The notes under the pieces were generated by a model. That model made no database searches. It was not told where the DNA came from and saw only the letters and a program-made list of their open reading frames with translations. Both the position numbers and the translations under genes were made by a program. This document shows positions 32,860 to 33,525 of a stretch of DNA of 33,525 bases, piece by piece (the first letter of the stretch is position 1; the number at the start of each line of letters is the position of its first letter). The DNA is from Craspedostauros australis (Eukaryota), in contig JALAGF010005957.1 in the NCBI GenBank assembly GCA_030167865.1, forward strand, positions 1 to 33,525. The letters are read 5' to 3'.

Positions 32860-33525
32860 TCTAACCACAAAAGCAGCTCCTGAAGAATCTGCGTTGTGAC
32901 CGCCAGTTGTCATGATCGGAGATCGTTCCATGGAAGCGATTGAAAGCACAACCGGCATCCATTACTGAATTCATCATTGGGGGCAACACGCATCTCGCAC
33001 ACTCAAAATTTGTCACTCTGCCTGGGAAACCTTTGACTGTGCGAGATGTTTGTGCTCCGCGCGCACAACACTTGTGATGTTGACATCTGTCGAAGGACCA
33101 CTTTCGATTCGCATTGTCCACGTCGCGTGCAATGATTGGTGTAAAAACAAGTCCATTCAGTCAAGGGTCGTGACATGTTGGTGATTCCTTCGGTCTCTCT
33201 TGGGTCATTCATCCAAGGACTGTCGGATGAAGGATCAGGCATGTGCTGCCGGGATCGATCAGTGTTTGCAGATCAAGATGGTGGCNCTCAAGTATCAGAT
33301 CGGTGTTGCCCCTGGCATCTGGCCTAGCATGAGTATCCATTTGATTTTCATTCTTTCCATGCTTTGTGACCGACGGCGAAGGTACGAGCTTAATGCTCGA
33401 CTCGATTGCAGCGGACAATGATGATGGTGATAGTAGTATTTAATGACATGAAAGTTGCTGGATGGTCCAAGTGTTGAGGGTTCGCACACAGCAGTATAGC
33501 ATGATGCATGCCATGCAACAGAGAT

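Noticed and set aside
33200..33225. GHSSKDC as a Gag zinc knuckle
   Set aside because: The upstream CxxC is absent in frame; probably a chance match.
1..33525. Prokaryote-type systems (CRISPR array, operon, defence island) and tRNA/rRNA genes
   Set aside because: The window is spliced eukaryotic DNA; I saw no repeat-spacer array, cloverleaf or rRNA-like sequence, and the gene neighbours are functionally unrelated.

Overview
Eukaryotic nuclear DNA that looks like a diatom (stramenopile alga). This rests on ASAFAP-type bipartite plastid targeting peptides, a DUF6824 protein and diatom-type HSFs; the species cannot be determined from the sequence. Nine protein-coding genes can be modelled by hand with GT-AG introns: histone H2B (+), a CRAL-TRIO-like/DUF6824 protein (-), a plastid cyclophilin (+), a G-patch protein (+), HSF paralog A (-), a kinesin-4 with a spliced C-terminal SAP domain (-), a DUS3-like tRNA-dihydrouridine synthase (+), plastid IspH/HDR (-) and HSF paralog B (-). 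The last ~4 kb is unassigned and has two 50-N gaps. The main signal is splicing architecture. All 14 modelled introns have long AG-free zones (87-297 nt) before the 3' splice site, with branch-point-like motifs mostly ~90-250 nt upstream, which implies distant branch points with first-AG scanning. Two micro-exons (8 nt and 17 nt) carry functional cores: part of the cyclophilin active-site motif and the HSF DNA-recognition helix. All gene models come from reading the sequence, without RNA-seq or database searches.
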